Below are positions 18,372 through 30,823 of a stretch of 32,000 bases of DNA, piece by piece (the stretch's first letter is position 1; the number at the start of each line of letters is the position of its first letter). Location of the stretch: NCBI RefSeq assembly GCF_000195855.1, contig NC_002677.1, positions 900,001 to 932,000 on the forward strand, given 5' to 3'. Position numbers and translations under genes: made by a program. The stretch is from Mycobacterium leprae TN. Lineage in GTDB: Bacteria > Actinomycetota > Actinomycetes > Mycobacteriales > Mycobacteriaceae. A model generated the notes under the pieces. That model saw nothing but the letters and a program-made list of their open reading frames with translations. It searched no databases and was not told where the DNA came from.

Positions 18372-20137
18372 TGCGGGGCGTTCTAGTGATCATGCGGCTG
18401 TTGTGTCTGGGCATGTTGTTCACTGGCTGTGCCGGGGTACCCAACTCGTCGGCTCCACAGGCGATTGGCACCGTAGAGCGACCGGTGCCGTCAAATCTGC
18501 CCAAGCCGACCCCCGGTATGGATCCTGATGTGCTGTTGCGTGAATTCTTCAAGGCCACAGCCGATCCAGCCAATCGGCATCTGGCGGCGCGTCAGTTCCT
18601 CACCCAGTCGGCATCCAACGCTTGGGACGACGCCGGTCGCGCACTACTGATCGACCATGTGGTGTTCGTTGAAACCCGTGGTGCCGAACGTGTTTCGGCG
18701 ACAATGCGGGCAGATATCCTGGGTTCGTTGTCGGATATGGGTGTGTTCGAGACTGCAGAGGGTGTGCTGCCAGACCCGGGTCCGGTCGAATTGATCAAGA
18801 CATCAGGTGGTTGGCGAATTGACCGCCTGCCCAACGGGGTTTTCTTGGACTGGCAGCAGTTTCAGGCAACTTACAAACGTAACACGCTCTACTTTGCCGA
18901 TCCGACTGGCAAGACCGTGGTTCCCGATCCCCGTTACGTCGCGGTTCTCGGTCATGATCAGTTGGCCACCGAGCTTGTTTCCAAATTGCTGGCTGGTCCA
19001 CGGCCCGAGATGGCCCACGCTGTCCGCAATCTGCTGGCTCCACCGCTGCGGCTGCGTGGTCCGGTGACACGGGCCGACGGTAGCAAGAGTGGGATTGGGC
19101 GAGGTTACGGCGGTGCGCGGATAGATCTGGAGAAACTATCCACCACCGATCCGCACAGCAGGCAATTGCTTGCCGCACAGATCATTTGGACCCTGGCCAG
19201 GGCGGATATTAGAGGGCCCTATGTGATAAATGCTGATGGTGCGCCGCTGGACGACAGGTTCGCCGACGGGTGGACTACCTCCGACGTTGCTGCCACCGAC
19301 CCGGGCGTGGCCGACGGCGCGGGCGCGGGGTTGCATGCGTTGGTGGGTGGGGCACTGGTATCGTTGATCGGACAAAATACTACCACAGTGCTTGGAGCCT
19401 TCGGGCGGATGGGTTACCAGACCGGCGCTGCACTATCCCGCAGTGGGAGGCAGGTGGCATCGGTGGTGACTCTGCGCCGCGGCGCTCCAGATATGGCGGC
19501 GTCGCTGTGGATCGGTGATCTTGGTGGTGAGGCGGTCCAGTCTGCCGACGGACACAGCTTGTCGCGGCCCAGCTGGTCGCTAGACGACGCGGTTTGGGTG
19601 GTGGTCGACACTAATAATGTGTTGCGGGCCATCCCGGAACCGGCATCGGGGCAACCCGCGCGTATTCCAGTGGATTCCGCCGCGGTGGCCAGCCGGTTCC
19701 CGGGGCCGATTACCGACCTGCAGCTGTCCCGGGATGGGACGCGTGCCGCGATGGTGATCGGTGGACAGGTTATTCTCGCCGGAGTCGAGCAGACCCAGGC
19801 CGGACAATTTGCCTTGACATATCCGCGTCGACTGGGCTTCGGCTTGGGCAGCTCGGTAGTGTCGTTGTCCTGGCGAACTGGCGACGACATCGTAGTGACC
19901 CGCACCGATGCCACGCATCCGGTATCGTACGTGAACCTCGACGGGGTCAATTCTGATGCGCCGGCCCGCGGTTTGCAGGTTCCGTTGTCGGTGATTGCCG
20001 CCAACCCGTCGACGGTGTATGTAGCGGGTCCGCAAGGGGTGTTGCAGTATTCGGCGTCCGTTGCTGAAAGCCAGCAGGGCTGGTCGGAGGTCGCGGGGTT
20101 GACTGTTATGGGGGCGGAGCCGGTGTTGCCGGGCTGA
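18368..20137 (+). CDS. lpqB: Lipoprotein LpqB (MtrAB-associated)
   Basis: 589-aa ORF starting at GTG 18368 or ATG 18371, overlapping the mtrB TGA. Signal peptide with lipobox LFTGC (Cys codon at 18428-18430). Third gene of the mtrA-mtrB-lpqB operon. Confidence 0.93.
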   Translation: MMRGVLVIMRLLCLGMLFTGCAGVPNSSAPQAIGTVERPVPSNLPKPTPGMDPDVLLREFFKATADPANRHLAARQFLTQSASNAWDDAGRALLIDHVVFVETRGAERVSATMRADILGSLSDMGVFETAEGVLPDPGPVELIKTSGGWRIDRLPNGVFLDWQQFQATYKRNTLYFADPTGKTVVPDPRYVAVLGHDQLATELVSKLLAGPRPEMAHAVRNLLAPPLRLRGPVTRADGSKSGIGRGYGGARIDLEKLSTTDPHSRQLLAAQIIWTLARADIRGPYVINADGAPLDDRFADGWTTSDVAATDPGVADGAGAGLHALVGGALVSLIGQNTTTVLGAFGRMGYQTGAALSRSGRQVASVVTLRRGAPDMAASLWIGDLGGEAVQSADGHSLSRPSWSLDDAVWVVVDTNNVLRAIPEPASGQPARIPVDSAAVASRFPGPITDLQLSRDGTRAAMVIGGQVILAGVEQTQAGQFALTYPRRLGFGLGSSVVSLSWRTGDDIVVTRTDATHPVSYVNLDGVNSDAPARGLQVPLSVIAANPSTVYVAGPQGVLQYSASVAESQQGWSEVAGLTVMGAEPVLPG

Positions 20138-20229
20138 GTGGTTTGATGGCTTCGGCATCACCGGGTTCGGTTGCTGAACCTCGGCGCGGTCGAAGTCACC
20201 TTTTCACCGTTGATCGGCGCACTGCGGAT

Positions 20230-20925
20230 ATGCTTGATCTCGCCCTGCCGCTGGAATGTGGCTGGCTGCGGTGTGTTCGCCACGCGATGGAGTGACGCCT
20301 GCACCGCAGAGCTGTCAGTGGCTGCTGGCGAACCGCGTGTGGTGAGTCTCTGTGTCGACCCGCTGGTGCCGGTGGTCGTGCTCGGTCGTTACGTTGGTGC
20401 CCGTCGCCAGGCGATCCTTGCGATGAAGGAGCATGGCCGCCGCAACTTGGTTGCACTACCGACCCGACAGTGCGTGAGTCGGCTCGGATCTTGCACGCTG
20501 CCGGGACGTGGGTGACCAAGGTGCTGGCGATCGCGGTCGCGCTTGATGGAACCCCGGTGAAAGTAATGAATGCGGCCAGCTTGATTCCGGTGAATCATGC
20601 TTGAATTCGATGGGAAGACGTTAAGAACTCGCAACAGCTCGCCAAATTGGTGGCATGGCAAGGCGAACACGAGCTAACGTCGAGGGCAACTTTCTCGAAA
20701 CTTATTGGGGATTCTCCGTAGCGATTTTCCTAGCGGCGCTACTTGCGACAGGAGGTGAGAAAATCGACATCTTGCACCGGCGGGCAGCTTGCGCAGTTGA
20801 TTTTTCGCAGAATCGCTCCCACCCCGTCGGCGTGGTTTTGTACAGCTAGTGGCGATCGCAAGCTCGGCGAAGTCGAGCGCAGCGGGCTGCCACTCATCAA
20901 AGCTAGGCGCGCAGGGCGCGTGTGA
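20230..20925 (+). pseudogene. Decayed ComF-like phosphoribosyltransferase-family gene (Rv3242c-like)
   Basis: ATG 20230 gives MLDLALPLECG. An extra T at 20263 then shifts the frame into GCGVFATRW...SVAAGEPRVVSLCVDPLVPVVVLGRYVGARRQAILAMKEHGRRNL. After 20515 there are multiple stops and frame changes. The C-terminal relic TGGQLAQL... lies in yet another frame (ORF 20743..20925). The 3' boundary is approximate. Confidence 0.65.
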
Positions 20926-20952
20926 CGTGAAAAGAGAAACGAGTTGTCACGT

Positions 20953-21642
20953 ATGTCAAGGTTAACCGTGGGTTTCGGTCAGGTTCTCAACTCCGCACCG
21001 GTTCCATCTGACGAACAGGTTGAACCGATGCCGAACGTCGAGATCGTGTTCAAGGGCCGCAATGTCGAGATCCCCGATCACTTCCGTATCCATGTCTCGC
21101 AGAGACTTGCCCGCTTGGAGCGGTTCGATCGGACCATCTACCTGTTTGACGTCGAACTAGATCATGAACGCAACCGTCGTCAACGTAAGTTCTGTCAACG
21201 CGTGGAAATCACCGCGCGGGGCCGAGGACCGGTAGTGCGTGGTGAGGCGTGCGCTGACAGCTTCTATGCAGCACTTGAGTCAGCGGTCGTCAAACTCGAG
21301 AGCCGGCTGCGTCGTGGCAAGGACCGACGCAAAGTACACTACGGTGACAAGACCCCTGTTTCAGTGGCGGAGGCGACCGCGGTCGCTGTGTCGCCAGAAA
21401 AGGCCTTCAACACCGAACCAGCTCCGGCGCACGATCACGGCGGTGCGGTCACAGACTATGAGCCGGGTCGGATCGTCCGTACCAAAGAACACCCGGCCAA
21501 GCCGATGTCAGTCGACGACGCACTCTATGAGATGGAGCTTGTCGGACACGATTTCTTTTTGTTCCTGGATAAGCAGAGTGAGCGGCCGTCAGTCGTTTAC
21601 CGGCGCCATGCTTATGACTATGGCTTGATTCGTCTGGCTTGA
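20953..21642 (+). CDS. hpf: Long-form ribosome hibernation promoting factor (S30AE family, Rv3241c-like)
   Basis: N-terminal S30AE domain [30 protein letters not shown]...RVEITARG. C-terminal dimerisation domain [35 protein letters not shown]. The start is uncertain: ATG 20953 chosen, with TTG 20944 or ATG 21028 possible. Confidence 0.88.
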   Translation: MSRLTVGFGQVLNSAPVPSDEQVEPMPNVEIVFKGRNVEIPDHFRIHVSQRLARLERFDRTIYLFDVELDHERNRRQRKFCQRVEITARGRGPVVRGEACADSFYAALESAVVKLESRLRRGKDRRKVHYGDKTPVSVAEATAVAVSPEKAFNTEPAPAHDHGGAVTDYEPGRIVRTKEHPAKPMSVDDALYEMELVGHDFFLFLDKQSERPSVVYRRHAYDYGLIRLA

Positions 21643-21721
21643 TCGGCGGCCAGCATCGTGTCGTCCCTTACGATGGGAATCGCCTTATCGAAGAAGACTC
21701 CAACTCACAGGGGACATAGCT

Positions 21722-24544
<2,823 letters not shown>

Positions 24545-24637
24545 CGGCACTTTTCGCCTCGAATATTGAGGTAGACCAATCGATCAACCGGGGGATGAAA
24601 CGCTCGCTGATGACCGCCTACGGTGCTATGGCGTGTC

Positions 24638-25005
24638 ATGTTCCTCGTAGTTTTCCTCTGTTCAGTTGGATTCGTGGTCGGCATCGTGGTGCCGTGCGAT
24701 GCCAATCACGGGATTGTCACGCCAATCAGCGCGGCGGTTGTAGTTAATATGGCTATGTTTTGGTGTGCTCGCGATCCAGCATAGCTTGATGGCACGGTAA
24801 GAGTGCAATATGGTGGTGGACGCGGTTTGTGTCGGCCCCGATCGAGAGCAGCACCTATTTGCTGCTGGCCAGCGCTACGTTGCTGTTGCTCTACTGGCAA
24901 TGGCGGGCCATGTCAACAGGGTCGTTCGGGGGGCCGGAAGCCAGCTGGGCGGTTGGCGCTGTGGGTGCTGTTTTGGCTCGGGTGGGCGATAGTGTTTCGC
25001 GTTGA
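24638..25005 (+). pseudogene. Possible relic of a small integral-membrane protein gene (unassigned)
   Basis: Two hydrophobic reading segments lie in different frames. The first is 24638-24784: MFLVVFLCSVGFVVGIVVPCDANHGIVTPISAAVVVNMAMFWCARDPA*. The second is 24790-25005: ...[36 protein letters not shown]...*. Both are below the 60-aa track cutoff. They occupy the slot where M. tuberculosis has membrane-protein genes (Rv3239c and Rv3238c). Identity is not established. Confidence 0.3.
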
Positions 25006-25356
25006 CTTTTATGATTAATCATCTTGACCTGTTCGAATCCTAGACAGGTATACTTGTCATGGTGCGGTAAAGCTTAATCTTGCCATTGGCTTTTGATCTC
25101 CATTGCTATACCAGCTTGCCGCGCTACCCGCTCCATAGTTCCAGCTCCCTCATTGTGTGCTGGGCGGCACCCACGATGAGGGTGGGTTACCTGCTATTCG
25201 CGAGCGTACATCTTAATCGTTACCCAACTGGAAGAGAACGACTTGGTGGGCGCTGTTGGGCAACCAAATACCGTGAGTCACCGGAGCGACGTGCCGATGC
25301 TGCTGCCTTGAAGACACTAGCCACATCGGGGAGCTGTCAAAACGGTTTGGTCAGGA

Positions 25357-25640
25357 CTAGCTCTCGAGAAACTTGGCGATCTTATCCAGGGTGGTGCGCA
25401 TGCTGTCCTCGGTGTGCATCGCCATCGGTCAATGTCGTACCCATCGAGAGCGGAACCGACGTCCGTGTAGTGTGGTTCGCAGAGTATGCGACCAGTCAAA
25501 ACTGGCGTGTTTGTCGGAGTCGGTCAGCAGCGCGACGCTACTATTGGGGTGGGTATCGAAGACGTGCTTGACGCGCACTCACTACAGTTCCGTTGACTCG
25601 CTAACGTTAGTTCCGCTGGGCTATAAGAGTATTGCCGTGG
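25357..25640 (-). pseudogene. Possible C-terminal relic of a hydrolase-like gene (unassigned)
   Basis: Minus-strand fragments in three frames: VKHVFDTHPNSSVALLTDSDKHASFDW, then EPHYTDVGSALDGYDIDRW, then MAMHTEDSMRTTLDKIAKFLES* (stop at 25359-25357). The tail resembles alpha/beta-hydrolase C-termini (GH...HxE...FL). This is pattern-level only. Confidence 0.25.
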
Positions 25641-25680
25641 TCACTTCTTTCTCGGCGGCATTTCGTTAAGGATTGAGGCT

Positions 25681-26163
25681 ATGGACGTCAAGGAGGTGCT
25701 GTTGCCCGGGGTGGGCTTGCGGTACGAGTTCACCAGTCGCAAGGGTGATCGGATCGGGATCATCGCGCGGCGCAGCGGCGATTTCGATGTCGTCGTATAT
25801 GCTCGCGACGATCCGGACTGGGCTCAGCCGGTCTTCTGCCTCACTGACGACGAGGCCGAAGCTGTCGCTCAGATTCTGGGCGCACCCAGGATTGCCGAGC
25901 GGTTCACTGAGCTGGCTAGTGAAGTTCCCGGGCTCGAAACCAGGCAAGTTCGCATCGCACCGGAGAGCTTGTTCGTCGATCGTCCTCTGGGCGACACCCA
26001 CGCCCGTACTCGTACCGGCGCATCGATCGTCGCGATCGTGCGCGACGAGGACGTCGTGGTTTCGCCAGGCCCGGCTGAACCGCTGCGGGCACGAGATGTG
26101 TTGATCGTGATAGGTACCGAAGAAGGTATCGCCGGGGTCGAGCAGATCATCGACAAGGGCTGA
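25681..26163 (+). CDS. RCK_C (TrkA-C) domain regulatory subunit of a CPA2 cation/proton antiporter (Rv3237c-like, KhtT-like)
   Basis: 160-aa ORF with SD AAGGATTGAGG before the ATG. N-terminal beta-rich domain MDVKEVLLPGVGLRYEF. C-terminal RCK_C LGDTHARTRTGASIVAIVRDEDVVVSPGPAEPLRARDVLIVIGTEEG. Sits directly upstream of the antiporter gene. Confidence 0.88.
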   Translation: MDVKEVLLPGVGLRYEFTSRKGDRIGIIARRSGDFDVVVYARDDPDWAQPVFCLTDDEAEAVAQILGAPRIAERFTELASEVPGLETRQVRIAPESLFVDRPLGDTHARTRTGASIVAIVRDEDVVVSPGPAEPLRARDVLIVIGTEEGIAGVEQIIDKG

Positions 26164-26167
26164 GGAG

Positions 26168-27325
26168 ATGGAAATTTCGGGGGCGCTGCTGTCCCAAGTC
26201 GGCGCCCTCTTGACCACACTTGCTGTGCTGGGCGCCGGCGCACGCCGGTACTCTTTGTCTCCGATACCGGTTTATCTAATGGCGGGGCTTTCACTCGGTA
26301 AGGGCGGCATCATGCCAGTGTCCGCCGCTGATGAATTCATCACTACGGGAGCGCCCATTGGCATTGTGTTGTTGCTGCTGACATTGGGTCTGGAGTTCTC
26401 TGCGACCGAGTTCGCCAGCAGTCTGCGGCGTCACCTGCCGTCAGCCGGTGTCGACATCATCCTCAACGCCACGCCCGGCGCAGTGGCCGGTTGGCTGCTG
26501 GGTTTGGACGGGGTCGCCGTGCTCGCGTTGGCCGGCGTCACGTACATTTCCTCATCCGGTGTCATTGCGCGCTTGCTGGCTGACTTACGTCGGCTCGGTA
26601 ACCGGGAAACGCCGGCGGTGCTGTCTGTGTTGGTGCTCGAAGACTTTGCGATGGCGGCCTACTTGCCACTATTCGCGGTACTTGCGGCGGGTGGCAGCTG
26701 GCTGGATGCCGTCGTTGGCATGATAGTCGCGGTCTGTGCGCTATTCGCGGCGTTTGCCGCGTCCTATCACTGGGGCCATCATGTCGGTCGGCTGGTGGCG
26801 CATCCCGATTCCGAGCAGTTGTTGCTGAGGGTCCTGGGGGTGACTCTGATCGTGGCGGCGGTGGCCGAGTCCTTGCACGCGTCGGCCGCCGTAGGCGCAT
26901 TCTTGGTCGGTTTGACCCTGACGGGGGATACCGCGGAACGCGCACGTAAGGTGCTCGGTCCTCTTCGTGATCTGTTCGCAGCGATTTTCTTCCTTGCTAT
27001 CGGCATATCGGTCGACCCGCACAAACTCCTGCCGATGTTTCCGACAGCCCTGATCCTGGCCACTGTCACCGCGGTGACCAAGGTGGCTACCGGAATTCTG
27101 GCCGCCCGGTACGACGGCGTGGCACGACGCGGGCAGTTGCGCGCTGGTACAGCGCTCGTCGCTCGGGGCGAGTTTTCGTTGATCATCATCGGATTGGTCG
27201 GCACGTCGACCCCCGCCGTGGCCGCGCTGGCCACAGCGTATGTCTTCATCATGGCAATCGCTGGCCCGGTGCTGGCTCGCTACACTCCTGGTTCGTTGCC
27301 GACCAGCTCTGGGTCGGCCAACTAG
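26168..27325 (+). CDS. CPA2-family cation/proton antiporter membrane subunit (Rv3236c-like, KefB/KhtU-like)
   Basis: Uninterrupted 385-aa ORF that is hydrophobic throughout (about 11-12 predicted TM stretches by eye). The ATG lies 4 nt after the stop of the RCK_C gene (TGAGGAGATG). Na+/H+-exchanger family signatures are present, for example LLLTLGLEFS and ARGEFSLII. Confidence 0.9.
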   Translation: MEISGALLSQVGALLTTLAVLGAGARRYSLSPIPVYLMAGLSLGKGGIMPVSAADEFITTGAPIGIVLLLLTLGLEFSATEFASSLRRHLPSAGVDIILNATPGAVAGWLLGLDGVAVLALAGVTYISSSGVIARLLADLRRLGNRETPAVLSVLVLEDFAMAAYLPLFAVLAAGGSWLDAVVGMIVAVCALFAAFAASYHWGHHVGRLVAHPDSEQLLLRVLGVTLIVAAVAESLHASAAVGAFLVGLTLTGDTAERARKVLGPLRDLFAAIFFLAIGISVDPHKLLPMFPTALILATVTAVTKVATGILAARYDGVARRGQLRAGTALVARGEFSLIIIGLVGTSTPAVAALATAYVFIMAIAGPVLARYTPGSLPTSSGSAN

Positions 27326-27417
27326 GCAGCTGGTGGCGACTCGCTTCGCTCTGGCTGCGTCGCGCTCGCCACTACTAGAGCTGTTACCTGAGACCGTTCA
27401 ACCGATATGCAAGACAA

Positions 27418-27762
27418 CTACCAGCCAGCGGCTTCCGTTGCTGGCGGGTACCTGTTCCACGCGGCACGCAATAGCATGTATCTGGTCCTCGTCACGGTAT
27501 GTACGCGGAAAACTTCAGCGGCAGTGGTCCAGTTTGTGCCGCCCGACAGGTTGCAGACGCGTCCGGCGCAGCGCTGCGGCGCCCTTGGCGTTCGGGTGGT
27601 TGTCTGGGGTTTTTGTCTGTCGGGCTCGCCGAAGATGTACCGACTCTGAAGAGTCTGGGTGCCAGCAGCGCCCTTTAGCTGCGTCGTGGACCGGTGGCTG
27701 TCGATGGCTTCCAGCAGCGCTCGGTGTAGCGCAGCGTCTGTGAAGATAGCCGCCTTACGCAT
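27418..27762 (-). other. Unassigned ORF or gene relic opposite the antiporter 3' flank (Rv3235 position by synteny only)
   Basis: The track ORF 27418..27780 reads MRKAAIFTDAALHRALLEAIDSHRSTTQLKG... from ATG 27762, then becomes low-complexity (QKPQTTTRTPRAPQR). The N-terminal 30 aa look protein-like, with a beta-strand plus helix reminiscent of RHH domains. The rest does not. No SD sequence. Confidence 0.2.
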
Positions 27763-28180
27763 CGATTCCGACAACACCATCGCGGTCGTTGTCTAGGGCC
27801 GCGCGCCACTTAGCTTACCTGGCTTACCTGCCACTTCGGTGTGGTGAACTCAAGGTGTGGTACGTCGCGGGCAATTATTGCCGACACTGGAGGATGTTTC
27901 GTGTCGGTGGTTCGTACCAACAACGGATATTACAGCGAAAGCTGTCACGGTGAGGTGGGTTTGTCAGGGGACCAATGACCAACAGTCACTCTCAACTAAC
28001 TGAGCGATTGGATAGGGGCCTGCTGGAGAGTAACAGATAATTTTTCAGTTGTCTTCTCCTGTTGGTCATCATCGCACGTCCGAGGCTGGCGTGTACTCGC
28101 GCTGTGATGTGTCTGGGCTGGCGATTACGGTGGGAGATATTGCTCAAATGCGCCGAATCGACAAGGAGGACAGGACCGTA

Positions 28181-29486
28181 ATGATGACTCGGTTTTCCCC
28201 GTTGGATGCGTTGTTTTATCGGCTGGAGAATACCGCCTACTGGATGTACGTCGGATCGCTGTGGATCTTGCGTAGTCCACGTGCGGGATTATGCTATTAG
28301 ACGCTACTGGCCACCGTCGAGCAGCGACTGCCTCAGATTCCGCGTTACCGGCAGAAGGTTCGCGGAGTCAATATGGGCCCCATGATCAGGCCCGTCTGGG
28401 GTCGACGATTGCGATTTCGACATCACCTATCACGTGGGGCGATCGGCGCTGCCATCGCCGGGTAGTTACGAGCAGCTGCATGAGCTGATTGCCTGGTTGG
28501 TTGCGCGGCCGCTGGATAAGATGCGGCCGATGTGGGAATTGTATCTTGTCGAGGGTCTGGATAAAAACCGCGTCGCCCTGTTACTGAATTTTAATGGGCG
28601 TTGATCAACGGCATGACTGCGCAGGAGATCGGCCATGTCATCGTTGATTGGCATAGTCGTCCACTATAGTTAGTTGAAGACATCTGGATACCTGGACGTG
28701 ACCCAGTTAACAATCGCTTAATTGTTGGGCACCATTGGTGACTGGTCGATTGACTCAGGCTCGCGAATGCAGGTTGTCGGGTCCGTGCGCGCCGGTCTGG
28801 CAACGAAATCTGGGTAATTCATCGATGTTGTTCTCTGGTTTTTCAATGTTGTTCGCATAATAGCCTACGGTACCGTATATCCAGTAGCCCGCTAAATGCC
28901 ACCGTTTCGCGCAATTGATGGTTCCGGTTCCACTGTCGCCAGTGGGGCGGGCTTGAGGACTACCGTACGGTACGAGCGCTGGCATCATTGTTCGTCTATG
29001 CCGATGATCAACTTGACTTTGACCGGGCCTGGCCAGGCATTCAGCTAGGTGACGCCGTTCCTAGTTGGCTTGCCGGTGGGGGGAGGGCAATGCGGTGGTG
29101 CGATTGTCGCAGATAGCGCACGCTACCGAGTCGAATCCGACGGCCGCCAGGCCTTGGTCGACGTCAGGACCATTGTCATGCTGTCGGGTTTTGCGCCGCC
29201 TAACCTTGCACGCCATGGTTATCCGGGTCGCCACTAGCTTTTCCGCGCGATTCGCGATTGTTTAATCTGTTGATCACCAATGCTCCCGGGGCCCAGTCGC
29301 AGATGTACATTGCCGGTACCAAGTTGGTAGAGACTTACGCGGTGCCGCCGCTGCATAATCAGGTGTTGGCTGATCAGTCTGACCTCATTATATTATAACG
29401 GCATGCCGTATTTCGGTATCAACGCCGACCGCGATGCTATGAGTGGTCTCGACCTGTTTGCCAGGATTGTTAAGCCAATCACTTGA
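28181..29486 (+). pseudogene. tgs: Decayed wax-ester synthase/diacylglycerol acyltransferase (triacylglycerol synthase; Rv3234c/Rv3233c-like)
   Basis: SD AAGGAGGA precedes ATGATG at 28181. N-terminus MMTRFSPLDALFYRLEN...MYVGSLWIL. Further blocks: IPRYRQKVRGV, and the catalytic HHxxxDG block degraded to EF*WALINGM (28587-28615). C-terminal blocks LITNAPGAQSQMYIAGTKLVETYAVPPL and GINADRDAMSGLDLFARIV. There are many frame changes and stops. The 3' boundary is approximate. Confidence 0.82.
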
Positions 29487-29553
29487 TGAGCTTATGGTAA
29501 GGTTCTCGGTAGTTACGGGTCAAAACTGCTGCGACGATATACGATCGATTGCT

Positions 29554-30253
29554 GTGAACACCGCGACAAACGATAGCGAGTCGGCGAAGAAGAAATCAAG
29601 TGAGCCAGCCAGTCGTATTATCTTTTACGTTGGCTACGAAGTCGAATTATTGCGGTTGCAAACGGAGTGTGTGAAGCTACAGTGGTGGTTATGTTGTTCC
29701 GGGTGTGTATCGCGCCATATTCGAGGGCTGACAAGGCCGGTGCGATCAAACAGATCACCGAATACTTCAGCCGCGTGTCGCCCAGGTTGCCGCGTTAGCC
29801 AGTGCCGAGTGATCGGGAACGCGGCCAGTAGGTATTATCAGTGCTGTATAGCCCATTTTCCTGCCAGGGTAAGTCGTGCTGTTCGATCGGTCGCAGTACA
29901 ACCGCACAACTGCGCTGACATCGAGAAAGTCATGGGATTCTGGTACCGTTTTCGGTCTCGACGACAGAACAGCTGCGCTGGTTTAAGGCACGATCGAAGA
30001 ACCCGTTGCAACAATGGAAAAACCCAGTTCAATGACTTTCGCGTCAGTGCGTTGGTGGAGCAATTTTGTTCACGCCAAAGACAAGATGATGGAGCGCGTC
30101 AATACTCCGGTTATCCTATGTGTACGGTGGAATCGTATATCAAAAATTAATTCGATTGACCATGATGTCACCCTTGCCGTCCACGATCCATTATTCGATG
30201 CGGAGAAGCCAAAGGTCAAACTGTTGGAACAGCTGATCGAGAGCACCGACTAA
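29554..30253 (+). pseudogene. ppk2: Decayed polyphosphate kinase 2 (Rv3232c-like)
   Basis: Readable blocks lie in shifting frames: YEVELLRLQTECVKLQWW, FEG*/DKAGAIKQITEYFSRVSPR (the P-loop GRDAAGKGG is shortened), IVLFDRSQYNR, EKVMGF, NPLQQWK and DKMMERVNT. The final fragment, 30014..30253, is still open. The gene is shorter than an intact PPK2, so internal deletions are likely. Confidence 0.8.
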
Positions 30254-30290
30254 GCGGTCGTTGCTTGAGTGTTGAGTGACTGGCGCTGTT

Positions 30291-30800
30291 TTGCAGGTCT
30301 ATATCCTGGCTACTCGTGGCTATGTTGTAGCAGTTTGTCGCTGACGGTTCGTTGTGGCTGTTCAAAGGAACCGCATTCGCGGTGACCTCGATGTGGCGTG
30401 AGGTTTACGCCGAGGGGGAGGACGATGACTTGCTGGAGGTGGCGTTGCGCGAGGCGGCGCTAGCATTACTGCACCTGTTGGCTGCCGCTACCCCCCCGAC
30501 GCAGAGACCACATCGGCGGGCGAGTCCGCCTTGCCGCTGCGGCGCGCCGTGCTGGTCGTCGGGGCCGACGATGTCACGCCGTTCAGATCTCGATGGCGCC
30601 GACCTAATTGTTCGGCGATGTGCAGGACCATGATCTGGCTTGATACGTCAAACAGGAGCTGCTATTCCTGCTCTAAACCCTCAAGGTGTGACGGAGTCCG
30701 GACCGTGGGGCCTAGGTATGATCGCGTACTTTACGGTCCCATAGATCTGGTGGGTGTGGAACCGGACCAGGCGTGGGTGGAAGCCAAGCCAGAAGCCTGA
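30291..30800 (+). pseudogene. Decayed conserved actinobacterial hypothetical gene (Rv3231c position)
   Basis: Fragments: VYILATRG, then AML*QFVADGSLWLFKGTAFAVTSMWREVYAEGEDDDLLEVALREAALALLHLLAA, then LPLRRAVLVVGADDVT, then DLDGADLIV. These sit in three frames with an in-frame TAG. The family assignment rests on pattern memory and synteny. The boundaries are approximate. Confidence 0.5.
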
Positions 30801-30823
30801 TCGTGAGCAAGAATTTCCTGTGA

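Noticed and set aside
19414-20161. 196-aa and 193-aa minus-strand ORFs opposite lpqB
   Set aside because: Antisense shadow ORFs with no domain-like sequence. lpqB is intact on the plus strand.
26562-27252. 127-157-aa minus-strand ORFs opposite the CPA2 antiporter, and ORF 27240..27743 (+)
   Set aside because: Shadow frames with Arg/Pro/Ala-rich translations. The plus-strand ORF 27240 merely continues out of frame from the antiporter 3' end.
27813-27830. 9-bp tandem repeat GCTTACCTG x2 flanked by CCACTT on both sides
   Set aside because: It has only two copies in decayed non-coding DNA and is most simply a slippage duplication. It is too short to call a repeat family or a regulatory site.
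27975-28069. 11-bp perfect inverted repeat ATGACCAACAG ... CTGTTGGTCAT separated by 73 nt
   Set aside because: About one such pair is expected by chance among nearby positions in 32 kb. It cannot be extended, and no element-like content (transposase or direct repeats) lies between or around the arms.
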